NCBI GenBank assembly: GCA_050049995.1
Contig: JASFVE010000061.1
Span: 1 to 11,968, forward strand
Reading direction: 5' to 3'
DNA: 11,968 bases
Origin: Chlamydiota bacterium
Lineage (GTDB): Bacteria; Chlamydiota; Chlamydiia; Chlamydiales; SM23-39
Position numbers and translations under genes: made by a program. Under the pieces are notes generated by a model, which was not told where the DNA came from, did no database searches, and saw nothing but the letters and a program-made list of their open reading frames with translations. Position 1 is the stretch's first letter; each line of letters starts with the position of its first letter. Positions 9,398 to 11,968 of the stretch are shown piece by piece.

Positions 9398-9440
9398 TTC
9401 TAAGAAACTCGCATCCTTGCTAAGATCGGCTTCAGGTGAT
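9398..9440 (+). promoter_or_regulatory. Candidate extended -10 promoter and ribosome-binding site of the kinase gene
   Basis: TTCTAA (9398-9403), 17 nt, TAAGAT (9421-9426) preceded by TGn (9418-9420). SD-like AGGTGAT at 9434-9440, 5 nt before ATG 9446. Confidence 0.5.
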
Positions 9441-9445
9441 TTAAA

Positions 9446-11968
9446 ATGGCATTGAAAAAGAAAATTATTCCTCATTTTCCAGCTCAAATTGGAAAATATA
9501 AAGTACTTAAAAGTTTAGGTCGTGGCGGCATGGGAGAAGTTCTCTTATGTTATGATCCTTTGTGTGACCGTCAGGTTGCCCTTAAAAGAATCAGACCAGA
9601 CATGCAACATCTTAGAGGGATAAAAGAAAGATTTTTAAAAGAAGCTAAAATTGCCAGTCAACTCCCCCACCCTTCTATTATTCCTATTTACTCCATCCAT
9701 GAAGAAGACTCTGTTACCTACTATACTATGGCATATGTCGATGGTAAAACTTTAAAAAAAATCTTACAGGAAGCAAAAACAAAAGAAGATTCTGGTGATT
9801 TTTTTACAACTGCAGAAGGATCGATTTCAGAGCTTTGCCGCTTTTTCTTAAACATTTGCGAGGCTATTGCATTCACACATGAAAATGGCTTTCTTCACAG
9901 AGATTTGAAGCCGGAAAACTTTATCATAGGTAAATATGGAGAAGTAAGAATTTTGGACTGGGGCATTGCTGAGAAAATTGATATTTGTCAAAAACATAAA
10001 CCAAATTTAGAGAAAGTAGCTGGCACGCTGACATACTTAGCTCCGGAAAGGATCTTAAAAAATGCATCTACTGAACTGACAGATATTTACTCACTCGGAG
10101 CCATTTTATATCAGATACTTACCTTAAAGCCCCCTTTCCAAAGAACTTCTTTGGCCCATTTTCGAAAGATTGTAGGTAAAGAAGTTGTCATTGATCCTAT
10201 TGAGCTTGCCCCCTATCGAGAAATCCCTCACGCTTTATGTGAAATCACCAAAAAGTGCTTGGCGTATGACAGTTCTGGTAGGTATCAATCTGTTCAGGAA
10301 CTTATTCATGATTTGAAAAAAGTTATTGAAGGAAAGCCAAAATGGACTTTCATGACCCATCTCTCAATTAAAAATAAAAAAGACTGGGAATTTCAAGAAA
10401 ATATCTTTTTAACAAAACATCTAGCTATTACGCAAAGTTTAGACTTCTTGGAATGGGTTAGTTTCATGGTTTCCAAATATAGCTACTTTGGAAATATCCG
10501 CTTAGAAACTGAAATCACTTTTCATAATAAGCAAACAGGCATAGGCTTTTTATTTTCCATTCCGGAAGTAGATAAAAGAGCTAGTTTGGAAGAAGGGTAT
10601 CATCTATGGATTAGCCCTACCAACTGTAGACTTTATAGAAACAATGTCCTTGTTCTTGAAACAAGTGCTTTCATAGATCAAAATTTAAATCAAAAGTTGT
10701 TCTTACGAATTGAAAAAACAGATCACCAAGTAAGGTTTTATAGAAATGACAAACTGATTATCAATTACTTCAGTTATCTACCATTAGCGGGAACCCACAT
10801 AGGCATTCTTCATAAAGATGCAGAGTTTGAATTAGAGGAACTTAGAGTTTATTCAGGAAGTCATACAGTTCATGTTAATTGCCTTGCTGTACCTGATGCT
10901 TTTTTAATCCACAAACAATTTGATACAGCTATCAATGAGTATCGACGCATAGGAAGTTCTTTCCCTGGAAGAGCTGAAGGTAGAGAAGCTCTCTTTAGGG
11001 CTGGCCTTACCCTTTTGGAAAAGTCAAAGCTTGCTGAGGAAAAAGACAAAGAAAGCTTTTATAATCAAGCATTAGATGAGTTTGAAAAGCTTCGGATAAC
11101 ACCAGGAGCTCCCCTAGAGTATCTTGGTAAATCGCTAGTTTATGTGGCATCTAATGAACCTGAAGAAGAATCAAAGTGTTTAGAGTTGGCTTTAAGAAAG
11201 TATCCTAAACACCCTATTCTTAATAGAATACAAGACCATATTTTATATCGCATTCATGAAAGCTCTGTAACAAGTAAGGAGGCTTCCTATCGTCATGTAC
11301 TTCTAGCTATTCGCTTCTTTCCCAACCGATTAGAAGACTCTGAAACAAAGTCCTTTCTTTCAAGTTTAGAAAAAAACCTAGAGCCCCTTTATTTTTTTGA
11401 AAAAAACAGCGACATCCAAAGTAACCTTTCTATTCAATTGGCATTTTGGATTGGTAAAAAAGAAACACTTCTCGATCTTTTAGAAAAATATACTGAAGAA
11501 CAACTCTTAACGAATATCCTTTTTTCTCTTCTAGAGCTAGGGTTTGAACAAGATATTAAGAAATACCTTCCTTCTATAAAGGAACATCTCAGTCCAATAA
11601 AAACTAATCTTTTTTCTACGCTAGTAGATAAAAAGATTAGCACCTTGGAAAAATACCAAAAATTAATAGACTTTGATTTAGATGCAATTTATTTACCTTT
11701 CGTAATTTACTTATTAGAAAAAGCCATAGATGAAAGAGACTTTGAGGTATTACGCTCTGCTCAGGCTCAGCTAGAAGGACGCTTTTCTTTAGACCACATT
11801 TGGTTTTGGACTGATTTACTTGAATACAAGCAAACTACTAGGCAAATAACAAATAATCTACTCCCTTTTTTACATTTATGTTACTTACAAGCATCAGGTA
11901 AAAATGAGGAATTAGAAAAGAAACTGCATTTAGAAGAGACTTCTCATAGGCAAACCCCTTACCTTTTA
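9446..11968 (+). CDS. pknD: Hanks-type Ser/Thr protein kinase, chlamydial PknD-like; 3'-truncated (841 codons visible)
   Basis: Absent from the ORF track because no stop lies in the window. Manual translation from ATG 9446: MALKKKIIPHFPAQIGKYKVLKSLGRGGMGEV...VALKRIR...RFLKEA...HRDLKPEN...ILDWG...GTLTYLAPE...DIYSLGAILYQILT. The C-terminal part (NCLAVPDAFL, YRRIGSSFPGRAEGREALFRAG, PGAPLEYLGKSLVY) matches my recollection of chlamydial PknD. The kinase call is firm; the symbol is less so. Confidence 0.9.
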   Translation, partial: MALKKKIIPHFPAQIGKYKVLKSLGRGGMGEVLLCYDPLCDRQVALKRIRPDMQHLRGIKERFLKEAKIASQLPHPSIIPIYSIHEEDSVTYYTMAYVDGKTLKKILQEAKTKEDSGDFFTTAEGSISELCRFFLNICEAIAFTHENGFLHRDLKPENFIIGKYGEVRILDWGIAEKIDICQKHKPNLEKVAGTLTYLAPERILKNASTELTDIYSLGAILYQILTLKPPFQRTSLAHFRKIVGKEVVIDPIELAPYREIPHALCEITKKCLAYDSSGRYQSVQELIHDLKKVIEGKPKWTFMTHLSIKNKKDWEFQENIFLTKHLAITQSLDFLEWVSFMVSKYSYFGNIRLETEITFHNKQTGIGFLFSIPEVDKRASLEEGYHLWISPTNCRLYRNNVLVLETSAFIDQNLNQKLFLRIEKTDHQVRFYRNDKLIINYFSYLPLAGTHIGILHKDAEFELEELRVYSGSHTVHVNCLAVPDAFLIHKQFDTAINEYRRIGSSFPGRAEGREALFRAGLTLLEKSKLAEEKDKESFYNQALDEFEKLRITPGAPLEYLGKSLVYVASNEPEEESKCLELALRKYPKHPILNRIQDHILYRIHESSVTSKEASYRHVLLAIRFFPNRLEDSETKSFLSSLEKNLEPLYFFEKNSDIQSNLSIQLAFWIGKKETLLDLLEKYTEEQLLTNILFSLLELGFEQDIKKYLPSIKEHLSPIKTNLFSTLVDKKISTLEKYQKLIDFDLDAIYLPFVIYLLEKAIDERDFEVLRSAQAQLEGRFSLDHIWFWTDLLEYKQTTRQITNNLLPFLHLCYLQASGKNEELEKKLHLEETSHRQTPYLL

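Noticed and set aside
9405..9422. Sigma54 promoter suggested by TTGCT at 9417-9421
   Set aside because: No GG at the required -24 position (9407-9408 is AC).
9193..9423. 76-aa plus-strand ORF
   Set aside because: It overlaps the REC-like gene antisense and the promoter region, and its F/I/K-rich composition is typical of translated AT-rich non-coding DNA.
11434..11643. 69-aa minus-strand ORF
   Set aside because: Antisense to the continuous kinase reading frame.

Overview
AT-rich window that reads as the chromosome of a Chlamydiota-type bacterium, most likely an environmental chlamydia. This is inferred from the tandem-fused UvrA and a PknD-type kinase. Gene order: a 5'-truncated leucine-rich-repeat gene built from 150-bp units (+); double-length uvrA (+); a small 4-TM membrane protein (+); trpS (-); an orphan atypical receiver-domain protein (-); and, divergently, a 3'-truncated PknD-like Ser/Thr kinase (+) that the ORF track missed. 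I find no mobile element, CRISPR array, RNA gene or clear new multi-gene system. The best leads are (i) a degenerate REC-domain gene with a near-consensus promoter, apparently in an operon with trpS and head-to-head with the kinase, (ii) a mosaic, recently expanded LRR array, and (iii) a perfect 31-bp fold-back at base 1 that is probably a library or assembly artefact.
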